Positions 7,361 through 17,415 of a DNA stretch of 18,742 bases are shown in pieces (position 1 is the stretch's first letter; every line of letters starts with the position of its first letter). Origin of the DNA: a bacterium (lineage in GTDB: Bacteria; Hinthialibacterota; Hinthialibacteria; Hinthialibacterales; Hinthialibacteraceae); the NCBI GenBank assembly GCA_963663405.2, contig CAXXSM010000049.1:1-18742 (forward strand), read 5' to 3'. The position numbers and the translations under genes were made by a program. Below the pieces are notes generated by a model that ran no database searches, was not told the origin of the DNA, and saw only the letters and a program-made list of their open reading frames with translations.

Positions 7361-10300
7361 TCAGTCATAGAACATCCAATCAGCGACAGGTGTTGTATAA
7401 TCGTATTCATACGCGCCGATATCAGGCGCAGGGCCGGAAGGACGAATGATTCCTTCGATATCGATCAAAATATCCGTCACCATTCCGCGATCGATCAAGG
7501 GCGATCCCCATAATGGACGTACGTCTCCCCGTTTCGATACTGGGAAAACAATGGTTCAAGCGAAAAATTGGTCTCATCCGTGTATACAGGAACCGTTTGC
7601 AGGTCTGAATAACGGATCTTCAAGATTGATTTTGGATCCGTCGCCACTGGAACGGGTGTATCCCAGATTACACAGTTTGTCACCCCGCGCGGCGCCTCCT
7701 CCCTGGCCTGGATTTTTTTCATACGCATGAATCCCCCGTCGCGCAGGAAACAATTGTGTTGTGGATCAACTCCGGCTGGCAGGTGTCCCTTGACTGCGAC
7801 AGCCGTGTTCGTGTTCATTATCACATTATTGTACACGAGTGGTGTACTAGGTCCCTCCAAAGAAATAGCCTTGTCCGCGCAATCCACCAACCGGTTTCCT
7901 TCGATGACAGCAGACGCGAAACCAAGATCAATTCCATCATCTTCTGAACCAACAATCGTATTTCCCCGGATGATTGAAGGTCGGTTCAATTCGTAATCAA
8001 AATCGATCGCATCGGCATATCCACGTATATTCTCAAACCAGTTATTTTCTACGAGGGCGTACGACTCCATGCAATGAACCGCCTCTCCCATTTCTCGAAA
8101 CTGATTATTACGCAGCGTCAATTCCGCTTTGTGAGTATCGATCCCCCGCGTGTTTTTCGAAGAGGCACTGTTCAATAAAGGCGAAGCTGTAATGAACCGT
8201 CACTCCTCCAGGATAAGTGATTTCGCGGAAAATCCCACCTTCCGCATGCTGGAAGTGCGCGTTTGAAATCCGGGCGATTGTATCCGCGCCTTCTATATAG
8301 ATCCCACCCCAATTCGTTTCCGCCTCTAGAGAGTCAAAAATCACTGGTTCTTCTTCCGTTCCCGCAACCTGAAGCGAACCAAAAACTACAATCGCCGTTT
8401 GAGAGGCCAGCAACACAGAGACGCCCGGTTCAATCGTCAAAGAGGAGCCCGCGTGGAATGATTAAGTTATTCGTCAATATGATCGGACTCTGTTCACGGT
8501 CCCATACAATATCACCACAGATTTCCACACCATCTTGAGGAGGATCTTCTTGATGATAGACCCATAAACCACTCTTCCTCCCGCACAATCTCATCCTCGT
8601 CAAAGCGCCTCAATGTGAAAGCAGTTCCTTCCTGTCTGCAAAATCCCATCATAATTCCATTCCGCGAGCCAGGGGATGTACTCTATGAATTTACCATTAA
8701 TTCGAACATATTTAGTATGCAGCGCGTCTGACTGTCCTTTTAATCGTATACCACCGATTCCATTCAAAGTGGCGTCTAATTGCGCGGCAAGACTGAAATC
8801 GGAACTAGAGGGCTGCGCGTTTAATCCAACTAGCGCGAGCGTATTTTTTCCAGAGCCAAGATAGAACGCGGGGGTTTGAATCAATGTATTCATTGATCTC
8901 GTCGTCCGCTTCATGACTTTCTGTGGCCAAAGAATCGAATTGAATTTCGTCAGGCGCATTGAAACGAGCGATTTCAAATCCGTTTAAATAGGCGGCGAAA
9001 CCATCATCCACAACAACGGACAATTTCAAATTATAAAACTCAAACGGATCGGTCACATCAAAACTGTTCCGGATATAGACACTGGTGTAATTCCCCGGCA
9101 TATCATTAAGGATAGTAAAAATCATCATCATCACCCATACCCAAAAACCACCCTGGCCCTTCTTCCCATTCGTCATCGATAAATTGCGGCAGAGTCCATT
9201 CGAACACACCTTCCGAAGGCGCGCTTTTTCCACGGAAGAAGCGCCAATCCCCCCGCTGGATCGACGAGAGTGATCGTCTCACCAACGTCTTTATCGAACT
9301 CGCTGATCGAAAGTGTTAATGGAATGTTTTGCAAATTCAAATCCCGCAATTGGCGAAACATGTTTTTCAAATATTCCATGCGGTCTGGGGTGGAAATCGG
9401 CGCGGCGCGGTCGATGATCGTATCGACAAGTTCCGGCGTCAACTCAACGGTCAAAATGGTATACAACTCCTGATAGTAAAAAACGGGCCGAATTCAGGAT
9501 GACGCAGCAACCGCTGAACGGCCGGTGTGCCATGATGGTGAATCGGTTGGTATGGCTCTCGGATCACGGAATCGAGATCCCATGGGGATCAGATAAAACC
9601 GGTCATCCTTTGGATAACGATAAATATAATAATCGTCCCCCCGTTCGAGAGACAGACCGCCCTCAATATCATTCAGCGCTTGTTTGAGAGCGAACCACCG
9701 AATCCATTGCCGCGCATGAATTCGCGTTTCAACCGCATCTGGGAACTGCTCATCCGTAGTGTTGGAGAACACATCGCACAGGCGGATGATATCCGTATAA
9801 TCGTTTTCTAATTGATTGGTCTCTTTGATGTAGTGATAGATATACTGGTTTGAATCTTCCCCACGGTAATCCAAGTTCGCCCACTGTTCGCCCCCGGTAT
9901 AAATTCCCATCGCCATTTCCAAACAGCCGTTCCAACATTTGTTGATTCGCGCGTTCCACTTGGATGTAATGTGGATAAAACGTCCAATTGAACACCAGCG
10001 CGATCATTCGTTTCTCCGACGCGGGCATGCGCAGTGTTTTGAAACATTCAAGACCGATGAATTGACGGTCCGGTTCATGACCGTTCAGATTGATCTTTTT
10101 CATTGTTCCAAAATACCGTGAATCAGCAAAATTGAGCCGGTAGGATTTTGGCTCCACATGCCGCGATCCCCGTCCCCGGAAACGGATTTTCACATTGTAA
10201 TAAATGTCATCTCCAAAGACAAAACTGGAATCCAGTTCTACATCGCTCGTCGGATCCCGCGAGCGGAGTTCCATTTCATCCTCTTTCCGCATAATCACGC

Positions 10301-11229
10301 GGTACAGCGGTAAATCCGTTTCATACTCCGAATTATCGACTAAGTAACAGGCGGTCTGTTTCAACGCGTTCCATGGGAAATATCCATAGACGCTTCCCTC
10401 TCCCACCGCTTCGATATAAAATTCCACCGTCGAACCATGCGGTAAAGGCGGCGCCTGTCCTCCATATACACCATCACCAGCCAACCCGTCGCTATGTTTA
10501 CCGTCGTCAAACATTTCAGCGGGTATGAAAGTCTCCTCCGATTCCTCTTTATAAAAAAGAAAGACTTCTTCGACGTTTTTGTTGAAAACGATTCGGCACG
10601 TGATTTGGACAGTTTCGTTTGAGTTTGGTATCACTGGATTTTGACTGATATCCGCGACAATGGGGAATGGTTGGTCGATCAAAATCGTATTGACGGCGCC
10701 CGGTGTGCCTCCATCAATCTCCGCGCGCCAACTTTGAGGATAGCTGGAGGGCATATTCGGATGAATGCGCGCCAGGGACGCCCCAAAACCATCGGCCGAT
10801 TTGGGCCAGCCTTCTTCCTCCTTGTATTCCACCCGGTCGGCCAATTCCCCTGCAGTGTTGATTAACTCGAGCGTTTCCCCTTCATTACTCAGAGCCCCTT
10901 GGTATCCCCCCAACACACGAGCCTCTCCATAGCGCTGAAAAAACGCTTCGGGCGAGGGAGAGAGAATTAAATAGGCGCCGGTTTCGAGAATGGTATCCAC
11001 CGGAAATGTATACTCCACTCCATCCGTGAATGTCCAGCCGGATAGATCGGCGGCCTCCGGTCCCGCGTTATAAAACTCTATGTATTCTTCCGCCTCATTC
11101 AACGAAGATGGGTGATACATGATCTCATTGATCACGACTTGGCAATGAACCGATAAGGGTATCCCAAAATAAAGCGATCAAATACCCCAAGAAATGAATA
11201 GATTTAAAAAAAACACTATATGTTTTCAT
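7361..11229 (-). CDS. Large secreted multidomain protein (~1280 aa): signal peptide, lamin-tail domain, choice-of-anchor X, CotH kinase, jelly-roll/carbohydrate-binding-like module, right-handed beta-helix, choice-of-anchor Q; fragmented by many indels
   Basis: Track ORFs 9750-11135, 9494-9922, 9173-9466, 8805-9233, 8600-8977, 8108-8440 and 7495-8175 tile one gene. Motifs: VINEIMYHP..EYIEFYN..DLSGWTF (lamin-tail); MFDDGKHSDGLAGDGVY (anchor X); RFRGRGSR..PKSYRLNF, GNLY and YYIY..FYLIP-WDLD across a shift (CotH); VVDDGFAAYLNGFEIAR; DAIDFD/DDGIDLG/DKAISLEG repeats (beta-helix); SPLIDRG..DIEG..RP.G..PDIGAYE (anchor Q). Start ATG 11229 (MKTYSVFFKSIHFLGYLIAL...), stop TGA 7363-7361. Confidence 0.82.
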
Positions 11230-11537
11230 ACGTTTTATCTGCGTTCTTTCAAAATGAAGGTTTTATGAATTCAATACTATCATAAAAAAGAAATTCAAGT
11301 TCCAATATCGTTTGTTCTTCTCATTTCTCAACCGTCTTCATCAACCGTACAATCACAGATTGAGATATTATCCGGTTCGGTTACTCTGTACAGTATATCA
11401 CGGTGGCGGTTTATCCGCCGTAAAATGATTATTGTTGACGATCACTTTATCAATTCACCTATCATAGGGTATAGTATTCTTCTTCGTCTTTACACTGTTA
11501 CATCTTGTATTAAAACCTTATGACTTAGGAGGTTTTC

Positions 11538-12630
11538 ATGAGACCGATCATTGTTTTCACGCTGGCTTATCTTTTTATCCCGTTATTTGCTTTAACCGGC
11601 TTATCAGAGGAGAATGCCAAGATGCTGACTGGTCAATTTCAATCGTTTGAAACTCCATTGCCCTTCCAATTCGAAAGCATGGGAAGAACAAAAACCCCAC
11701 AATCCGAAAAAAACTGCGCGCGCGCTTTTAGGAGATCTTCCGCCTTTGTTCACTCCAAATCCCCGCGTGATCGACACAAAAGACTGCGGCGCTTATACGT
11801 TGGAGAAGTTCACATTTGACAACGGCGCTGGACATACCGTATATGGATATTTCGTCCTCCCCGCTGGACGAACCGAACCGGGACCGGCCATTCTCTACAA
11901 TCATTACCACGGTGGAGAATACGATAACGGGAAAGAGGAAATCCTGAAAAACTGGCCCACGGACATCCCCCCCGCTGAAGCGTTCGCCAAAGCAGGCTAC
12001 GCCGTACTCGCCATCGACGCGTACGCCTTCGGCGAACGGCAGAACCAGGGACCGGCGGGAGAGCGGGAATCGGGAAGCCGTACGGAATCGGCTTTATTCA
12101 AAACCTTCATCTGGCAAGGGAAAACCATGTGGGGCATGATGGTCCGCGATGATCTGCTCGCGTTGAATTACCTTCTCTCCCGTCCAGAAGTCGATCCCGA
12201 ACGTGTCGGCGCGACCGGAATGAGCATGGGCAGCACCCGGACTTGGTGGCTCGCGGCGCTCGATGAGCGCGTCAAAGCGGCTGTCTGTGTCTGCTGCCTG
12301 ACTCGCTATCAAGATTTGATCCGGTTGGGGAATGTGAACAGTCACGGTATCTACTATTACGTCCCCAATCTGCTCCAAGAAGGGATCGACATGGAAACGG
12401 TCGTAGGTCTTATCGCTCCCCGTCCACTGCTGACTCTCACCGGCGACCAGGACGCGGGCTCTCCCTTAGATGGTGTAAATAAGATTAATCAATTTGTAGC
12501 TGGATTATATGAACTTTATGGCGTTCCTCAGCAATTCAAAGGAAACGTGTACCAAGGCGTGGGGCATACCTATACCAAAGAAATGTGGGACGAAACCTTC
12601 AACTGGTTTGAAACATACTTAAAAAAATAA
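11538..12630 (+). CDS. Secreted alpha/beta hydrolase (dienelactone hydrolase / acetyl esterase-like), with apparent indels at ~11660-11725
   Basis: SD AGGAGG at 11527-11532 and a signal peptide from ATG 11538 (MRPIIVFTLAYLFIPLFALTG). It shifts into ORF 11647-12630 with HYHGG, AIDAYAFGER, nucleophile elbow GMSMG, Asp in GDQDAGSP and His in GVGHTY. Confidence 0.87.
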
Positions 12631-13673
12631 TGGTCTTCGTACATCCGCTATCCATCCAGCCTTCGTTTCAATACCCACTCGTCATGCTCGCCCCGATCGC
12701 GGGGGTGACCGATCGCGCGACGCGGGAGATTGCGCGTTCGTTTGGCTGTCCACTTACGTTCACGGAATTAATCAGCGCGCGGGGGATTTGTGAAATTAAT
12801 CGTGGAACCAACACGATGCTTAACGAATGCGAAGGCGAACATCCACTCATCGCTCAAGTATTCGGTTGTGAGCCTAAATACCTGCATGACGCCGTGCGTA
12901 TTCTTGAAGATATGGGCGTGGATGGAATCGATCTGAATCTCGGCTGCCCGGCAAAGAAAGTGTTCAAAAACCGCGGTGGCTGCGCGTTGACTCTTTATCC
13001 AGGCGAACTGGTCTATATCATTCAAGCGATGCGCAAGGCCACAGACCTGCATTTTTCAGCGAAAATCCGCGCGGGAGTGGATCTTCTTTCGCTTAATTAC
13101 CGCCTAATCGGAGATATTCTAGAGGGGGAAGGATGCGACGCGATTATTTTCCATGCGCGAACCCGCAAAATGGGTTTTACCGGCGTAGCGCGGTGGGATT
13201 GGATCGCGGATCTGAAAGAGTACTTGACAATCCCCGTTATCGGCAACGGCGATGTTGTGGACGGCCCATCTGCGAAACGGATGCTCGATGAAACCGGATG
13301 TGATGGAGTAATGATCGGACGGGCGTCTTATGGAGCCCCGTGGATTTTCCGCGAGGTTCTCCACTATTTAGAAACCGGGGAGCAAATGGAACGGGTACAT
13401 TTCGAGGAACGTTTTAATATCATGATCCGGCATCTTCAACTCGCGGTGGAATACAAAGGCCCACGGCGGGGCGTGTTGGAAATGAGAAAACAACTGGGAT
13501 GGTATTTAAAAGGATGCCGCAACGTCCGCCCACTGCGGTATGCGATTAACCGGCAGGAAACACTTGAGAAAGTAATAAACACTCTCCATCTCTGGCGGGA
13601 AACTCTAACAGATGACCCGTTTGTTCGCGCGGAGACGGAATCGCAGGAAGTATCCGTCTCCCCCGCTTCCTGA
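12630..13673 (+). CDS. dusB: tRNA-dihydrouridine synthase B
   Basis: LAPIAGVTD, IDLNLGCP (catalytic Cys), KIRAG, HARTR, IPVIGNGDV, DGVMIGRA and EMRKQLGWY. The start overlaps the hydrolase stop (TAATG). Confidence 0.93.
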   Translation: MVFVHPLSIQPSFQYPLVMLAPIAGVTDRATREIARSFGCPLTFTELISARGICEINRGTNTMLNECEGEHPLIAQVFGCEPKYLHDAVRILEDMGVDGIDLNLGCPAKKVFKNRGGCALTLYPGELVYIIQAMRKATDLHFSAKIRAGVDLLSLNYRLIGDILEGEGCDAIIFHARTRKMGFTGVARWDWIADLKEYLTIPVIGNGDVVDGPSAKRMLDETGCDGVMIGRASYGAPWIFREVLHYLETGEQMERVHFEERFNIMIRHLQLAVEYKGPRRGVLEMRKQLGWYLKGCRNVRPLRYAINRQETLEKVINTLHLWRETLTDDPFVRAETESQEVSVSPAS

Positions 13674-13675
13674 TT

Positions 13676-16180
13676 TCATTCCGTAAAATCCCTGCCCTTA
13701 CATCTGCTGGTTTCCCACTTACGGCTGGTCGCGAAGACTTGGACTTCATAAGGGCGCATGCGGGTAATTAACGCGCCATTCATTGGAGTGGCGCTTTCCG
13801 ATGTGTAGAGTTGTTCGAGGCGCCGTCCATTCAATTCATCAAGTCCAGTCACTTCGACTCCCATGTGTTTATAGCTGTCTTCATTGACGAGAATCACTAG
13901 CCACTCATCCCCAACTCTTCGAACAATGGCTTTGATTCCACGAGATTCTTCTTCAGGGATTTCAATGAGATTAACCTGAACGTCTTTGACATCCGGCGCG
14001 ACGAGAAACGGCTGCAAAGCCGCAAGTTCACTTGTCAAAGCGTAGATGGATTCTCGAAACGCGTTCGATTTGAGATAGTGCGATCCCCAATAGAGAATCC
14101 CCCTGGCGCCATAAGCGATAACATCATACGCCATGAACCGGGATTCGTTGAAGGTAGGATAAGCGATGTCTGTAACGCCGTAGTAATCGCCCAATTCACT
14201 CCATGCAAAAGCTTGTAATACCATCCAGACCGGTTTTCCCTGCCCTGCCATGATCCAACGATCCGTCGCGGGTCCCATTTTGTGAACGCGGCGGTCATTC
14301 TTTTTCACGGGATAGATGTCGCAGCCTGTGATATCGACAAAATCCATGTACTGTCTGACGTATAACAGATCGCTTTCCAGCGCCTCATTGATCCAAACCG
14401 GCCGGTTTCGATCGTCGAGAGATCGAATCGCCTGAACCGCGTCCCGCATGTTGGGAATGATTGTACGAGCTTTTTCTTTGGCGTATTCGACCGCTGTGTC
14501 CGTCTGCTTCCACCAAGCGCCGGAAACTTTATGGATTTTTTGAGTGCGATACAGACTGCTTGCGGCGGTGAAATTCCATACAATTTCATCCGGGCCTTCC
14601 CATACGGCCAAGGCGGGATGATGGATCATAGATTTGACTTGCTTCAATAATGAATCACTCGCGCCTTGCTGCAACGAAAGCGGAACCACACCCATCATGC
14701 CAACGCCCCCGGCGCGGTCTAGATCCTCCCGGTTGCGGCAGCGCACTAGATTTACACCCGCTTTCGCCATCGTTTGTAAATCCACATCATCTTTGGGCAA
14801 TTCATAAAATCCAATCGGAAACCAACGTCGGCCATTCTTGATTAAAAAACCATCGCGGGGATCGACGCGTTGATTCAAGACGGGCTTTACATTCTTTTTT
14901 GAGAAATGCGCGTCAGCGAAGTCTAGAATCTTATTCCAATAATCGATATTGAGTGTATGAACCGTGTCACGCCGGTATTGCAGGAGTTCGCCAAAATTCT
15001 CCCCAACAATCGGTTCGTCTCCCACAACAACGCCATCTCCAACGAGTCCTTCCAAGCCTAAAAATTCATAGACTTGATCCGCCGCTTTTAACGCTCGCAA
15101 CGCGCTTTCGTAATTCGCCCATGTGTCTTTTAAGCCGGCTGTATCCAAGAGGGGCCGGGGAGCCATCAACGCGATCAATAAATGCTGATCGAAAGGCAGT
15201 TGGTCTTCATTATTATTGAATTTCAGAAAATTGTCATTGAACCAATGAGGGAAAGCCTGATTAATCCGTTCCACCGTCTCTTGGTCGTTATTGCGGCTGA
15301 GAGCGCAGCCACCTGTGCCGGATTGGTGGGGAACCGCCAAGGCGATACGCTCGTCCAAGGCGGCCGCTAATAAAGCCGTTTTTCCGCGCCGGGAATGGCC
15401 GATGACACAGATCCGCTGGTTGTCGATATCGCCGTCTTCGACTAGGTAATCCACACATCGATGCAATCCCCAAGCCCAAGCCGAGATAGTTCCCCAATGC
15501 GTTTCTCTCAGACCGCCCTGGTCCGGATAATGGGGATGAATCCCATCCGTGAAATCATCTTTGTCGGGATCAATATCACTTTCATGAAATGTGGCGAACG
15601 CGTACCCACGATCGATCAGATTTTCAACACACCAAAAATCTTCCTTCGCCCCCCGCGCATCTTTGTTGTCCTTCATACAAGCCGAATGCCGCCACGCGTC
15701 AGGATCAATCGTCACCCCTTCATGCGAGACGACCGTTTGATTGCCACACTTATTCAACGCGAGAAATACGGGAAACGGTCCAGACGCCTGATTCGGAACA
15801 AACAGCGCCAAATGGATGCGCGGCGTTTTTTCGGATGATGGGTATAAAAAACGAATCTCCACTTCTTTCAGTGTAGCTTTCCCATCGAAGACCGTTGGAT
15901 CAGTCTTGCGTATCGTAGCGTGGATACCGGGGGGTTCGGGCATATAACCATACATGTAATATAGAAACAACGCCTTCAATTCGGGACGGCGTTTTGTGAA
16001 CCACTGTTCTTTCGTGGTCACTCGTGTTCCATCCATCATTAGAAATGGATCGGGCAGATCTGCGCTGCGAGGAAGATCTTTCACTTCAGGGAACGTTTCC
16101 GCCACACACATGGATGAATCCATGCCTATTATTAGAGAACTCAATACTAAAGATACTCCAATGAATAATGAGAACTTCAT
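13676..16180 (-). CDS. Secreted fusion: CE15 glucuronoyl-esterase-like domain plus C-terminal glycoside-hydrolase-like TIM barrel/beta-sandwich
   Basis: The track ORF starts at 16228, but ATG 16180 has SD AGGGAG and a signal peptide (MKFSLFIGVSLVLSSLIIG). N-half: LPDPF, WGTISAWAWG, GHSRRGK, QSGTGG, ETV, FPHWF, LPFDQHLLIALMAPRP. C-half: FPIGFY, AGVNLV, HPALAVWEGPDE, DITGCDIYP, KPVWMVLQAF, GARGILYW. Confidence 0.85.
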   Translation of the reverse strand: MKFSLFIGVSLVLSSLIIGMDSSMCVAETFPEVKDLPRSADLPDPFLMMDGTRVTTKEQWFTKRRPELKALFLYYMYGYMPEPPGIHATIRKTDPTVFDGKATLKEVEIRFLYPSSEKTPRIHLALFVPNQASGPFPVFLALNKCGNQTVVSHEGVTIDPDAWRHSACMKDNKDARGAKEDFWCVENLIDRGYAFATFHESDIDPDKDDFTDGIHPHYPDQGGLRETHWGTISAWAWGLHRCVDYLVEDGDIDNQRICVIGHSRRGKTALLAAALDERIALAVPHQSGTGGCALSRNNDQETVERINQAFPHWFNDNFLKFNNNEDQLPFDQHLLIALMAPRPLLDTAGLKDTWANYESALRALKAADQVYEFLGLEGLVGDGVVVGDEPIVGENFGELLQYRRDTVHTLNIDYWNKILDFADAHFSKKNVKPVLNQRVDPRDGFLIKNGRRWFPIGFYELPKDDVDLQTMAKAGVNLVRCRNREDLDRAGGVGMMGVVPLSLQQGASDSLLKQVKSMIHHPALAVWEGPDEIVWNFTAASSLYRTQKIHKVSGAWWKQTDTAVEYAKEKARTIIPNMRDAVQAIRSLDDRNRPVWINEALESDLLYVRQYMDFVDITGCDIYPVKKNDRRVHKMGPATDRWIMAGQGKPVWMVLQAFAWSELGDYYGVTDIAYPTFNESRFMAYDVIAYGARGILYWGSHYLKSNAFRESIYALTSELAALQPFLVAPDVKDVQVNLIEIPEEESRGIKAIVRRVGDEWLVILVNEDSYKHMGVEVTGLDELNGRRLEQLYTSESATPMNGALITRMRPYEVQVFATSRKWETSRCKGRDFTE

Positions 16181-16272
16181 GTTTTTTCTCCCTACTTGGA
16201 ATTCCATCTTGACAGGATAATATTTCACTGAAAGTGTCCGTCTTTATTCGCGAATGGAACGTTCGCGGTCAA

Positions 16273-17403
16273 TTAAGGAAGCGGCACTTTTTTCCAACCT
16301 TCAAGGCCGAAGCGGATATCCCGTTCTACAAATTCCCAAACGACAACCTTCTTTCCCGCTAACAACTCTGACTTTCTTTTCAGCTCCTGCCGGACAAGGG
16401 TAGACGCGCCACCGTCGCTGATGATTGACGCTATGGGCGTTTGCAGCTCATACGCCAGGTGAGAGACAAATCCCGCCACTTTAGGTTCATCCCGCTCATA
16501 AATCCGGAGAAAACTGTCGCCTAAAACCAAGATATCCGATTCAGGATCATCTTTTCGCAGTTCGCCATTCCCTCCGTTCACAACCTGCATACATTGCAAC
16601 TCTTCCGGTGAATAGAATTGTTCGATTCGTGGAATATCCATCATACGAAGGACATCCCCATACCGGGAGAAGGTAACCGGTTTCAATTCGTATTGAGAAT
16701 TTCCACGCTCGATCCAACCGAGTTCAATCAACCGCTGCGCGGTTAATTTCGCCGCCAGCCGCATCCCTTCCGTTGACCAGTGTGTGTCCTGAGCGAGATA
16801 GTATTCACTGCTCTCTGTCTTGGATTGGGTAAATGCTTCAAATAGGTCGACGAATTCAATCCCCGCTTTTTTCAATTCTTCTAATACTTTTATCGTATGC
16901 GCGTACACTGGTTCGACACTTGTTGACGCGCGGGCGGCGAGCATTTCTGGATAGACGCTGGCCTTGCCGGGCGCGGGCACAACCAGCAATTCGATCCCCC
17001 GCGCTTTCAATTGATCGCGGAAATCCACGACGGCGGTCACTATCTCGAGATTCTCATCCACTGTTCCTGTCCGCGAAGGCCACGGTTCGATCAAGTACTG
17101 CGCGCCGGGGCGGTAAAAGAACCAGCCGTCCCGTCCCATTAACGCTTTATCTCCCGTTTCTTTTAAGACCGAAAATTGAAAATAGCGCATCGCAGGTTGC
17201 AGGGCCTGAGAAACATAGCTGCTCTTCTCCAATTCACTTTCAAACGACCGCAGATTCGCCTGCGTTGGTTTCTGTGTAAACAGTTCCACAATGAACGGAC
17301 GATCGCCCTCACTCCACTCTATCGCCGCTTGGAGAATTCCCACCGCGTATATCATCAACAAAAAAACAACAATAAGAAACCATTTCTGTTTTTGATCTTT
17401 CAT
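16273..17403 (-). CDS. AlgJ/AlgX-like SGNH O-acetyltransferase
   Basis: N-terminal TM helix, GRDGWFFY, VPAPGKASVYPE, DTHWS (Asp-x-His), LGDSF (catalytic Ser) and VVVWEFVER. SD GGAG is present, 12 bp downstream of the MBOAT gene. Confidence 0.9.
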   Translation of the reverse strand: MKDQKQKWFLIVVFLLMIYAVGILQAAIEWSEGDRPFIVELFTQKPTQANLRSFESELEKSSYVSQALQPAMRYFQFSVLKETGDKALMGRDGWFFYRPGAQYLIEPWPSRTGTVDENLEIVTAVVDFRDQLKARGIELLVVPAPGKASVYPEMLAARASTSVEPVYAHTIKVLEELKKAGIEFVDLFEAFTQSKTESSEYYLAQDTHWSTEGMRLAAKLTAQRLIELGWIERGNSQYELKPVTFSRYGDVLRMMDIPRIEQFYSPEELQCMQVVNGGNGELRKDDPESDILVLGDSFLRIYERDEPKVAGFVSHLAYELQTPIASIISDGGASTLVRQELKRKSELLAGKKVVVWEFVERDIRFGLEGWKKVPLP

Positions 17404-17415
17404 ACTAAGACTCCA

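Noticed and set aside
11328-11421. TCAACCGT direct repeat (two copies) and GGCGG-TTTAT-CCGCC hairpin in the divergent intergenic region
   Set aside because: They are too short and too few for an array or iteron set, and the hairpin has no clear U-tract or upstream gene to terminate.
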